This document shows, one piece after another, positions 27,052 to 36,199 of a DNA stretch of 64,000 bases. A program made the translations under genes and the position numbers. The notes beneath the pieces are model-generated. The model saw only the letters and a list, made by a program, of their open reading frames with translations, ran no database searches and was not told the DNA's origin. The DNA is from an uncultured Planctomycetia bacterium. GTDB lineage: Bacteria; Omnitrophota; Gorgyraeia; Tantalellales; Tantalellaceae. How positions within the stretch are numbered: position 1 is the first letter of the stretch; every line of letters begins with the position of its first letter. The DNA is taken from assembly GCA_964565425.1 (NCBI GenBank), contig CAZMEZ010000004.1, positions 24,907-88,906 on the forward strand, given 5' to 3'.

Positions 27052-28077
27052 ATGGCGAAGAAGAAAAGATCCAACAGGTGTTTGATGGTAGCGGAGGTGT
27101 CAGCCAACCACGGCCGGAACTTAAGGCAGGCTGTGGCCATGATAAGGAAGGCGAAGGAATGCGGCGCCGACGCGGTAAAGTTCCAGACGTACACTCCGGA
27201 TACGCTTACGATCGATTCGGACAGGAGTTTCTTCAGGGTCAAACACCCCAAATGGAAGGGGCAGACGCTTTACCAGCTTTACGGGAAGGCATATACGCCC
27301 TGGGAATGGTTCGCGAAACTCAAAAAAACGGCGGATTCCGAAGGTATCATGTTCTTCTCGACCGCTTTTGACAGGACGTCGGTCGATCTTCTCGAGAAGC
27401 TCAATGTGCCCGTTCATAAAATAGCTTCGTTCGAGCTTGTCGACCTGCCGCTCATCGAGTACGCGGCAAAGACCGGTAAACCCCTGATCATGTCCACGGG
27501 CATGGCGACGAAGGCGGAGATAAAAGAAGCCGTGGATGTCGCGAGAAAGGCCGGGGCTAAGGATATAACGCTTTTAAAATGCGTGTCGAGTTATCCGGCG
27601 GAACCGCGCGAAATGAATCTCCTGACCCTGCGGGATATGAAGGAGAGTTTCGGCTGCCCGGTCGGCCTTTCGGACCACAGCATGGGGATAGGCGCATCGA
27701 TAGCCGCGGTTGCCCTGGGGGCGACCGTGATAGAGAAGCATTTTACCTTATCAAGGAAGATAAGGACGCCGGACAGCTTCTTCTCGATCGAGCCGGATGA
27801 GCTGGAAAGGCTCATCGTGAACGCGAGAATAGCGGAGAAGGCCGTGGGGAAGGTCCGTTACGGCCTTACCGGGGACGAAAAGAAGAGCAAGGCGTTCAGG
27901 CGGTCGCTTTTCGCGGTCAAGGATATAAAGAAAGGAGAAGTTCTCAACGCCGAGAACGTGAGGTCCGTGAGGCCCGCGAACGGCCTGAGCCCCAAATACG
28001 CGGACGCGGTTTACGGCAAAAAGGCGAAAAAAGGCATCAAAAAAGGCACCCCGCTGGGGTGGGAGCATATATCGTGA
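27052..28077 (+). CDS. pseI: Pseudaminic acid synthase (NeuB family)
   Basis: NeuB TIM-barrel (VIAEVSANHG, KFQTY) with a C-terminal antifreeze-like domain. Confidence 0.8.
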   Translation: MAKKKRSNRCLMVAEVSANHGRNLRQAVAMIRKAKECGADAVKFQTYTPDTLTIDSDRSFFRVKHPKWKGQTLYQLYGKAYTPWEWFAKLKKTADSEGIMFFSTAFDRTSVDLLEKLNVPVHKIASFELVDLPLIEYAAKTGKPLIMSTGMATKAEIKEAVDVARKAGAKDITLLKCVSSYPAEPREMNLLTLRDMKESFGCPVGLSDHSMGIGASIAAVALGATVIEKHFTLSRKIRTPDSFFSIEPDELERLIVNARIAEKAVGKVRYGLTGDEKKSKAFRRSLFAVKDIKKGEVLNAENVRSVRPANGLSPKYADAVYGKKAKKGIKKGTPLGWEHIS

Positions 28078-28817
28078 AGGAACTCATCAGAAATTGCCAG
28101 CATTACGGGTCCCATCATACCTTTCTTTTGAGGGGGCGGGACGGTAACGTGGTCGGGGTCGAGAAAAAGACCTTCAGCGAGACCGGGATCCGGGACCTGG
28201 ACCGTGAGGCGGAAGGACTGGAATGGTACTGCCGCCTGATCGGCAGGGACGCGTCCGAGATGATCGGTTCTTTCGAAAAGGCCGCCGGGTACGGACGGCT
28301 GGAAATAAAATACCACGACGGCGCGGTTATAACGACGCCCGCCAGTCCCGATCTTGTCAAAGGAAAGCTGAGGGCGGCGGTCGAGCATTATCTCGAGGTA
28401 TTCGGCAGGGACTCTTTCAGGTTCTCGCACGGTGATTATTTTCTCGGGAACATAGTCTACACGGGCGACAGGGTCGCCTGGGTGATAGATTGGGAACACT
28501 TCAACGACAAGCTTCCCGCGGGATATGACGCGCTGAATTGCGTAACCCAGGTATTTCTTTCCGCGCACGGGAAGAAAAGGCGGTATTCGAGGGAAAGCGT
28601 TGAATCGGCCCGCGCTCTTATCGCGAAAATATCCGAAAGAGCGGCTTTGCCGGAAGAGGCGATCTCCTCCCCGGCGCTCTGGTGCAGGAACACGGCTGCC
28701 GAACGCAGTGATGTCTGGGGAGGCCAGCACGGCAAACTTCCTCATCTTGATTATCCGCGCGAGACCTGCGCGGAGGTGGACAGGATAATAGGGGTCATGA
28801 ACGGAGGCGGGATATGA
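28059..28817 (+). CDS. APH/choline-kinase-family phosphotransferase
   Basis: Brenner motif HGDYFLGNI and VIDWEH. Overlaps pseI by 19 nt and the next gene by 4 nt. Confidence 0.55.
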   Translation: MGAYIVKELIRNCQHYGSHHTFLLRGRDGNVVGVEKKTFSETGIRDLDREAEGLEWYCRLIGRDASEMIGSFEKAAGYGRLEIKYHDGAVITTPASPDLVKGKLRAAVEHYLEVFGRDSFRFSHGDYFLGNIVYTGDRVAWVIDWEHFNDKLPAGYDALNCVTQVFLSAHGKKRRYSRESVESARALIAKISERAALPEEAISSPALWCRNTAAERSDVWGGQHGKLPHLDYPRETCAEVDRIIGVMNGGGI

Positions 28818-29500
28818 AAAAAGAGATAGTAGCGCTCATACCGGTCAAGGGTTCGTCGGAACGGGTGAAAGCCAAGAACACGAGACCCTTCCACGACACC
28901 AGCCTGTATGAACTGAAGCTCAGGCATATGAAGGAAGTCGGGGGATTCGCGAACGTCATAGTGTCTTCCGAGAGCAAGGATATACTCAGGGCGGCGAAAA
29001 AGACGGGATTTGACACCCACCTCCGTGATCCTAAATATTCCACGAGCACGGTCCCCATGAGCGACGTCTATTCATATATCGCCTCCGAGATAAAGGGGGA
29101 GCATATCGCGTGGGTCAACGTTACTAACCCGCTGGCGGGGCCGGAAGTATATGAAAAAGCCATAGAAAAATATAATTCCATGGGCCCCGGGCATGACTGT
29201 CTTTTGAGCGTTTCGGAGATGAAAGAATACCTTTTCCATGACGGCAGGCCTGTCAATTTCCGTCCCAACCCGTGGCCGAGATCCCAGGACCTCCAGGACG
29301 TGTATGCCATGTCCTTCATAATAAACATCCTCAGGAGAGAGGACATGGTCAGGTGGGGTTCGTGCGTCGGCGAGAAGCCGTATTTCTTCTGCCTGGACAG
29401 GGTTACCTCGAAGGACGTGGATTTTCAGGAGGATTTCGATTTTTGCGAGACGATCTATAAGAAGCGCTGTGAAGCCGTGAAACAGGAGAGTTGCAGGTGA
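28814..29500 (+). CDS. pseF: Acylneuraminate cytidylyltransferase family (CMP-pseudaminic acid synthetase-like)
   Basis: ALIPVKGSSERVKAKN motif of NeuA/PseF (CTP_transf_3). Confidence 0.7.
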   Translation: MKKEIVALIPVKGSSERVKAKNTRPFHDTSLYELKLRHMKEVGGFANVIVSSESKDILRAAKKTGFDTHLRDPKYSTSTVPMSDVYSYIASEIKGEHIAWVNVTNPLAGPEVYEKAIEKYNSMGPGHDCLLSVSEMKEYLFHDGRPVNFRPNPWPRSQDLQDVYAMSFIINILRREDMVRWGSCVGEKPYFFCLDRVTSKDVDFQEDFDFCETIYKKRCEAVKQESCR

Positions 29501-30996
29501 CGGAAATTTTGAATTTCTCACATGACCGTAACGCGCCCTTCGAGCGGTCCGCTGCCGAGCTGAGGGACACTATAGACGCCTTCGCCGTCCGTCCGGAGTT
29601 GAACGGGTTGTATGACCATTTCGAACGTGATTATTCGTTGCCGCGCGACGTGGTGAGGCAGCAGATAAGGAAATATCTTGAAAAGGCGTATGATTATAAG
29701 ACATGCCGGTTTTCGGAGGATCTCTCCACGCGAAAGATCGCCTATATGGCGCTTAGACACATAGCATATCTACTGTACGTGGTTTTCACGTCGAGAAAAT
29801 ATGGAAAGCCCCCCAAGCGGTACGAACTGATATGCGAATGGGTCCTCGAGGGCGAAGAGATCGACCGGCTTTCCAGGCTCATCGGCCTTTTCGGGCGGGA
29901 GAATGTTTTGATCACTACCCCGTGCCCGGTGAATAAGCCGGGCTATAATATCGAATATCGTCCCTCCCCCTCCGCGACCCAAACCCAAAAGCAAAGTTTT
30001 TATGTCCCCAGGCTTTATGACCGGGAAGAGACGCTCAGGGCCTTTTCCCGGGAGATGCGCGAACTTAAGGTTTACGCGGACCTCTCGCGCAGGACAGGAG
30101 TGAACCTTCTGCCGGTCGCGGGCCATATAGTTAACCAGTACCTGTATTATACCTCTATATTCAAGCATAACCGGGCTAAATACTGTATACAGGAACGCCA
30201 TTACCAGACAAGCGCCATAAAGAACTTCCTGTTCCGTAAATACGGGGGCAAGTGTTCCGCGGCCACGCAGAAGAATATCCACCAGATCTCCAACTGCGGG
30301 TTTTATTATGACGCCGATGCTTTTTTCTCCCTGGGCAACAGGACCGCGGAAAGGGCTCTTGATTACGGCGCCAGGATCGGGCAGGTCGTGCCCGTAGGTT
30401 CGCTCTTCATGGAGCACGCCTGGTTCAATGGCGCGAAAGACAAGGGCCGTCCGGATAAGAGATACGATATCGTCTACCTGGGGATAAATTTCGCGAGGGC
30501 CAAAGACAACCTGGACAGCTATGCCTCTTTCGTCGACGACTATTACGAGACCTTCAGGTGGCTGGCCAGACTTTCCAGGGAAAACCCGGCCCTCAAGATA
30601 GGTATCAAGCATCACGGGAGCAACCATATCGACGAAAAAGAGACGGATATCATAAAGGGCAGCAATATCGAAACAATAGACCAGAAATTGAATTCTTACG
30701 ATATTGGTTTCAGCTCAAGATGCGCCGTGACCTATTGTTCGACGATGGGATATGAGCTTATTGCCCACGGTCTGCCGGTCCTTTTCCTGGACCCGGACAG
30801 GAGGAACGTCACGTGGTTCTCCGAGAAAAGCCTGGTGGACAATTGCCGTGTCACCACTTATAGCCAGTTTGACAGGGCGATAAAGGACCTGCTCGGGGGC
30901 AAGAACGCGCGCATGGAGACCGATGATATCTGCCTTAACAGCGCGGACGTTTCGGGAAGGATATACGAATATTTCAGGAAAGAGGTGAAGATATAA
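29491..30996 (+). CDS. Hypothetical protein, possible TagF/KpsS-like CDP-alcohol phosphotransferase or nonulosonic-acid transferase
   Basis: 501 aa and soluble. The C-terminal half (IKHHGSNH ... YDIGFSSRCAVTYCSTMGYELIAHGLPVLFLDPD) resembles the KxHP and D-x-S-S motifs of CDP-glycerol glycerophosphotransferases. Weak recognition only. Confidence 0.3.
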   Translation: MQVTEILNFSHDRNAPFERSAAELRDTIDAFAVRPELNGLYDHFERDYSLPRDVVRQQIRKYLEKAYDYKTCRFSEDLSTRKIAYMALRHIAYLLYVVFTSRKYGKPPKRYELICEWVLEGEEIDRLSRLIGLFGRENVLITTPCPVNKPGYNIEYRPSPSATQTQKQSFYVPRLYDREETLRAFSREMRELKVYADLSRRTGVNLLPVAGHIVNQYLYYTSIFKHNRAKYCIQERHYQTSAIKNFLFRKYGGKCSAATQKNIHQISNCGFYYDADAFFSLGNRTAERALDYGARIGQVVPVGSLFMEHAWFNGAKDKGRPDKRYDIVYLGINFARAKDNLDSYASFVDDYYETFRWLARLSRENPALKIGIKHHGSNHIDEKETDIIKGSNIETIDQKLNSYDIGFSSRCAVTYCSTMGYELIAHGLPVLFLDPDRRNVTWFSEKSLVDNCRVTTYSQFDRAIKDLLGGKNARMETDDICLNSADVSGRIYEYFRKEVKI

Positions 30997-31943
30997 TGGC
31001 GATCGAAAAGATAACAAGCGGCAATATCTCCGAACTGAACGAACGCTTCGAGCGCTCGCTGGACTGTTATTTCGCGAACGGCGAATTGAAGCCCGAATTC
31101 ATAGAGCATGTCAAATGCCCGAACTGCGGTAAGGGGGAAGGGAGATCCTTCAGGCAGAAAAGGTTCAATTATGTCCGGTGCGATAGCTGCGGAATGGTCT
31201 ATGCCTCTCCGAGGTTCACGGAAAAGATAAACGAGGAGATCCATTCTCAGGACAAGTACGTCGAACACTTCAAGTGCAAGGTCATACCGTCCATCGATTA
31301 CAGGAGAAACGTTCTCGCCGGGAACAAATACCGGCAGCTCGCGGAGTTCTTTGACGGCCCCGGCAAGGTCCTGGATATAGGGTGCGGCCTGGGCGACGTG
31401 CTGAGCGTTTTCAAGGAACACGGGTGGGATTGCACGGGCATAGATTTCAACGATTTTGCCGTAAAATACGCCGACGAGCATTTCGGGGTAAAGATAATCA
31501 AGGAGAATATCTTCAATATCAGCACGGAAGAGCGGTATGACCTCATCATGCTGTGGGGCGTGCTCGAGCACGTCTACGCGCCGCATGAACTTTTGAAGAA
31601 GGCCAATTCGTTGCTGAAAAAAGGGGGGCTTCTTCTGGTCGAGGTCCCGTCGGCGGATTCCCTGCTGGTCAGGTACTGTGAGCAAACGGGAGCGGAGGCC
31701 CACAGGACGTTCGAGTCGGCGAGGCATATAATGCTTTTTTCGCGTAAGGCGCTCCTGGACATGTGCGGAAAAAACGGGTTTACATGCGAGAAATTGGTAA
31801 GTAACGGCCTGGATATAGCGACGCTCTCCAGGATGGACGGCCTTGGGATCCCCGAGGAGGAGACGGGGAAATTGCAGAAACTGCTCGACGACTCGCTGCA
31901 GGGTGATCTGCTCCGGGGGTTTTTCAGGAAAAAGCGCAAATAA
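30996..31943 (+). CDS. Class I SAM-dependent methyltransferase with N-terminal zinc ribbon
   Basis: CPNCG..CDSCG ribbon, then VLDIGCGLGD motif I. Confidence 0.7.
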   Translation: MAIEKITSGNISELNERFERSLDCYFANGELKPEFIEHVKCPNCGKGEGRSFRQKRFNYVRCDSCGMVYASPRFTEKINEEIHSQDKYVEHFKCKVIPSIDYRRNVLAGNKYRQLAEFFDGPGKVLDIGCGLGDVLSVFKEHGWDCTGIDFNDFAVKYADEHFGVKIIKENIFNISTEERYDLIMLWGVLEHVYAPHELLKKANSLLKKGGLLLVEVPSADSLLVRYCEQTGAEAHRTFESARHIMLFSRKALLDMCGKNGFTCEKLVSNGLDIATLSRMDGLGIPEEETGKLQKLLDDSLQGDLLRGFFRKKRK

Positions 31944-31960
31944 AGGGGTATATCCGGGAC

Positions 31961-33394
31961 ATGGCGAAAATATTGCTTATACATCCGCCTTTCGGCACCG
32001 GGGACGATAAACGTCCGCCGGACATCTTTGATCCGCATTTCCCCTGGGGCCTTGGCTATATAAGCGGGACGCTTAAGAAAGAAGGATACGATATCAAGGT
32101 CTTTGACATATACGTCCACCAGTGGGACAAGGCCGAGACCCTCGAAAAACTGAAGCTCGAGGAATACGACCTCGCGCTGATAACGGCCATGGCGACGCAA
32201 TATTTATACGTGAAATGGCTGGCCGGGGAGCTCAAAAAGAACCAAAAAGTGTGTAAGGTGATCCTCGGCGGCCAGCTTGCCACGTTCAGCCATGAAGTCG
32301 TCCTCAGGAATACGGCGGTCGATATCTGCGTCATAGGGGAAGGCGACGTAACGATAGTGGATCTTGTAAAGAACATCGATACTCCTCGCAGTGTTAAAGG
32401 GATAGCGCTCGGGGATGGAGATAAAGTGCTTAAGACCGGCCCCAGGGAGCTCATCAAGGACATCGACAGCATCCCGAACCCCGCGTACGAGCTTTTCAGG
32501 ATGGATATTTACAGGACGAACAAGCTTTATATACACCATAAATCGGCGGTCCTGTACAGCGAGCGGAAAAGGCCGCACGTGATGGCGATGATCACCGGGA
32601 GGGGGTGTCCCTTCGGTTGTAATTTTTGCAGCAGGACCTTCAGGAATATAAGGATAAGGTCCGTCGAATCGATCGTGAGGGAGATAGATTTTTTCATCAA
32701 GGAATACGGCGTAGGCGGCATAAACTTCGTGGACGAACTGCTGTTCCTAAAACAGGACACGATAGACCGCCTGGCGGAAGAACTCGGGAAGAGGGGGATC
32801 CTGTGGAACGGGCAGGCGAGGGTGGATACCATAAATCTTGAACGCCTGGAATTTTACAAGAAGAACGGCCTGGTCTCCATAGGGTTCGGAGTGGAATCGG
32901 GAAGCGACCTCATGCTCGAGAAGATGAATAAGGGCATCACCAGAGAGAAGATAGAAAGGGCGATACGGAAGACGCTGGAAGCGGGCCTGCATCTCAAGAT
33001 GACGCTGATCTTCGGGTATCCGGGAGAAACCCGCGAGACCCTGGAAGAGACGGTCGACATGTTCAGGCGCCTCAGGCATCCCGGCAGGAGGTTCTGTATT
33101 TTAACTCCTTTGCCCGGGTCGAAAGTCTATGAGTCGGCGAAGGAAGAGGGATTGATCTCCGATGAGGACGAATACCTTTCCAGCATATGCGAAGGGTATT
33201 GGAGAAGGGCCGTGAACATGACGGGGTTCGGGGATGACGAATTCGAGAAGGTCCGCTCGGAGACCGAAAGGAAGATGAGGGAGAATTATAAAGAATATCT
33301 TTCATCGCTGCCTCAGGACGAGGCGCGAGAACAATATTTACTGTGTGAAGAGGATTTCGAAAAGGATTTTATCAACAGACCGAAAGTGCAGTAG
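31961..33394 (+). CDS. B12-binding radical SAM enzyme (class B)
   Basis: N-terminal cobalamin-binding Rossmann-like domain, then CPFGCNFC (the CxxxCxxC radical-SAM motif). Confidence 0.8.
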   Translation: MAKILLIHPPFGTGDDKRPPDIFDPHFPWGLGYISGTLKKEGYDIKVFDIYVHQWDKAETLEKLKLEEYDLALITAMATQYLYVKWLAGELKKNQKVCKVILGGQLATFSHEVVLRNTAVDICVIGEGDVTIVDLVKNIDTPRSVKGIALGDGDKVLKTGPRELIKDIDSIPNPAYELFRMDIYRTNKLYIHHKSAVLYSERKRPHVMAMITGRGCPFGCNFCSRTFRNIRIRSVESIVREIDFFIKEYGVGGINFVDELLFLKQDTIDRLAEELGKRGILWNGQARVDTINLERLEFYKKNGLVSIGFGVESGSDLMLEKMNKGITREKIERAIRKTLEAGLHLKMTLIFGYPGETRETLEETVDMFRRLRHPGRRFCILTPLPGSKVYESAKEEGLISDEDEYLSSICEGYWRRAVNMTGFGDDEFEKVRSETERKMRENYKEYLSSLPQDEAREQYLLCEEDFEKDFINRPKVQ

Positions 33395-33412
33395 GGCCGG
33401 ATATCAAGGAGG

Positions 33413-34351
33413 ATGGATATGAATAACGGGAAAAACGCAAAAAAGGGCCTGAATATAATGGTGACGGGCGGGTCGGGCTTCCTCGGAAGCCATATAGCGG
33501 ACGCCTTGACGGGCGCCGGGCACAAGGTGACCATATTCGACATCAAGGAGTCGCCGCATCTCAGGGCCGGGCAGCAAATGGCCCGGGGGGATATTCTTGA
33601 CGCGGAAGAACTTGTCCGCCGGATGAAGGGCATGGACGTCGTGTTCCACCTCGCGGCGCTGGCCGACCTCGACGCGGCCTACGACAAACCCCACGAGACG
33701 ATGAAGATCAACGTCCTGGGGACGGCCAACGTGCTGGAGGCCGCCCGTATCAACAACGTGGGCCGGGTGGTGTTCGCCAGCACCATATACGTGAACAGCC
33801 GCACGGGATCGTTCTACCGGGTGAGCAAGCATTCCTGCGAGCTGCTGTTCGAGGGGTACCACGAGAGGTACGGCCTGGATTACACGATCCTCCGGTTCGG
33901 AACGCTCTACGGCCCTCGCGCCAGCGACAATAACAGCGTTTTCAGGTACCTGAAAGAGGCGCTGGATACCGGGAAAATAAAGTACAAGGGGACGGGCGAA
34001 GAGGTAAGGGAATATATTCACGTCCGCGACGCGGCCAGGATATGCGCGAAGATCCTGGACGGCGATTTCAGGGGCAAGACGCTGATCCTGACCGGCCACC
34101 ACCGCATGAGGTTGGAAGAACTCCTGAACATGGTGAAGGAAATACTCGACAGCAGGGACAGGAAGATAGAGATAACCTGCAACCCGAAGGAATCGGAATC
34201 GCATTACGTCCAGACCCCGTATTCCTACATACCCCGCGTAGGCGAAAAGATAATAACCAATACCTACTGCGATCTCGGGCAGAGCCTTGTCGAGATACTG
34301 GACGAGATCGGGTCGAAAAGGTCCCATAAAGAGATAGAGATAAAGATCTGA
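33413..34351 (+). CDS. NAD-dependent epimerase/dehydratase (SDR family)
   Basis: VTGGSGFLGSH motif and YRVSKHS (YxxxK). The antisense ORF 33404-34648 is a shadow. Confidence 0.75.
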   Translation: MDMNNGKNAKKGLNIMVTGGSGFLGSHIADALTGAGHKVTIFDIKESPHLRAGQQMARGDILDAEELVRRMKGMDVVFHLAALADLDAAYDKPHETMKINVLGTANVLEAARINNVGRVVFASTIYVNSRTGSFYRVSKHSCELLFEGYHERYGLDYTILRFGTLYGPRASDNNSVFRYLKEALDTGKIKYKGTGEEVREYIHVRDAARICAKILDGDFRGKTLILTGHHRMRLEELLNMVKEILDSRDRKIEITCNPKESESHYVQTPYSYIPRVGEKIITNTYCDLGQSLVEILDEIGSKRSHKEIEIKI

Positions 34352-34361
34352 AGGCAAAAAG

Positions 34362-36185
34362 ATGAAGAATAATAAGTTCGAGACGATTAAGAACCTGGGA
34401 TATCTGATAAAACGGAGGCCGGGAGCGCTTGCCTGGTTCACCGGTGTAATAACCCTCGCCGGTGTCCTGGAGGCCTTCGGCATAGGTCTGTTGTATCCCA
34501 TCATGAGCGTGCTGGAGGACCACGCGAAAAGAGCGGGATACGTGACGCGGGTCAATGACCTGCTGGGGACCAGCCTGACGGAAAGCGTATTCATAACCGC
34601 GCTTCTCTCGACGGCTCTTTTGCTTTTCATCCTTCGTGGCCTGTCCATAATAGGTTCGTATTACGGGCAATACCGGCTGACCGAGGGGCTGCGAATAGAT
34701 TTCCAGTCGACCATATTCACGAATGATCTGGACCAGGAATACGAATATTTCGTGAAACACAGGACAGGGGACCTGGTGCAGAAACAAATGATACACACCG
34801 AAATGGCCGGGGACGCGGTCCTGTACTCCTGCCAGATAGCCCGCAACCTTTTTACCGCCGCGTGTCTTTACGTGACGCTTTGTATCGTTTCGCTGAAAGG
34901 GGCGCTAATGCTCACGGGGATAATGGCCGTGCTGACAGTGGTAGCGCTTATAGTTTCCAAAGTGAAGATATACGCGGCTTCACAGGAACATGCCGACCTG
35001 CAGAAGAGGGCGTATTCCATCGCGGTCGAGACGATGACGGGCATAAGGCAGGTAAAGGCTTTCCTGGCCGAGCAATTCTTCTCGAAAAAATTCGGAGAAA
35101 CGATTACAAGGAAAGCCGCTATCTACAGGAAGAACGCCACCATAGGCCAGATGCCCACGCCTGTCATGCAGACGAGCGTCCTGGTGGGGGTCGTAGCGGT
35201 GCTTTTTCTCGCGTTCAGGTATAAAGGCAGCGTGAGCGGACTCCTTCCCCTGGTGGTCGTTTTCGGGGGAGGCGCTTACAGGATAATCTCTTCCGTGGCG
35301 GGACTCAACAGCAGCTTCATGCAGATAGCGCACCTCTTGCCTTCGGTGAACATAGTCGCGGACCTCTTGAAGTGGAAGCCCGTTCATGAAAACCTTGCCG
35401 GGGCGGGCCGTTTTGAAAAGGATATAGTCTTCGAGGAAGTGGAATTCTCGTACCCGAGGGAAGGGTTCAAGCTTTCCGGCATCGACCTCGAGTTCGAGAA
35501 AGGGAAATTTTACGGTATCGTGGGGTCTTCCGGCAGCGGGAAATCCACTCTGGTGGACCTTATCATAAAGTTCTATCACCCCGGGAGGGGCAGGATACTG
35601 GTCGACGGGAAGGACCTTAAGGGGATGGACGCGCGCTCCTGGCGCAAGCAGATCGGCCTCATAAGCCAGGAGACGTTCATATTTAACGGGACAATAGAGG
35701 AGAACATATCTTTCGCGGTGGACGAGGCGGAAAAGGATACAGGCAGGATAGAGGCAGCCGCGAGGACCGCCGACCTGCACGACTTTATTAAAAGCCTGCC
35801 GGAAGGTTACGGGACGATTGTGGGAGAAAGAGGCCTCACGCTCTCCGGGGGGCAGAGGCAGCGGCTCGCGATCGCGAGGGCCGTTTACAGGGATCCCGAG
35901 ATATACATATTCGACGAGGCGACGAGTTCCCTGGACACGCATTCGGAGAAAAGGATACAAGGGGCCATAGAAGAACTGAGCCGGTCAAAGACCGTCATAG
36001 CGGTGGCCCACAGGTTGTCCACGGTGGTCCATGCCGACGAGATCATCGCGATGAAGGACGGCAGGATAATGGAAAAAGGCCCTCATTCGGATCTGATGGA
36101 AAGGGAAGGTTTCTACGCCGGGCTATACACGCACCAATACTCCGCGGAACGGAGACAGAAGGAAGGGGACGCGGTAAGCTCTTAA
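34362..36185 (+). CDS. ABC transporter, fused permease/ATPase (MsbA-like exporter)
   Basis: Six-transmembrane-helix domain plus Walker A GSSGSGKST, LSGGQRQR signature and Walker B IFDEATS. Confidence 0.8.
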   Translation: MKNNKFETIKNLGYLIKRRPGALAWFTGVITLAGVLEAFGIGLLYPIMSVLEDHAKRAGYVTRVNDLLGTSLTESVFITALLSTALLLFILRGLSIIGSYYGQYRLTEGLRIDFQSTIFTNDLDQEYEYFVKHRTGDLVQKQMIHTEMAGDAVLYSCQIARNLFTAACLYVTLCIVSLKGALMLTGIMAVLTVVALIVSKVKIYAASQEHADLQKRAYSIAVETMTGIRQVKAFLAEQFFSKKFGETITRKAAIYRKNATIGQMPTPVMQTSVLVGVVAVLFLAFRYKGSVSGLLPLVVVFGGGAYRIISSVAGLNSSFMQIAHLLPSVNIVADLLKWKPVHENLAGAGRFEKDIVFEEVEFSYPREGFKLSGIDLEFEKGKFYGIVGSSGSGKSTLVDLIIKFYHPGRGRILVDGKDLKGMDARSWRKQIGLISQETFIFNGTIEENISFAVDEAEKDTGRIEAAARTADLHDFIKSLPEGYGTIVGERGLTLSGGQRQRLAIARAVYRDPEIYIFDEATSSLDTHSEKRIQGAIEELSRSKTVIAVAHRLSTVVHADEIIAMKDGRIMEKGPHSDLMEREGFYAGLYTHQYSAERRQKEGDAVSS

Positions 36186-36199
36186 GGCGGGTAAAGATC

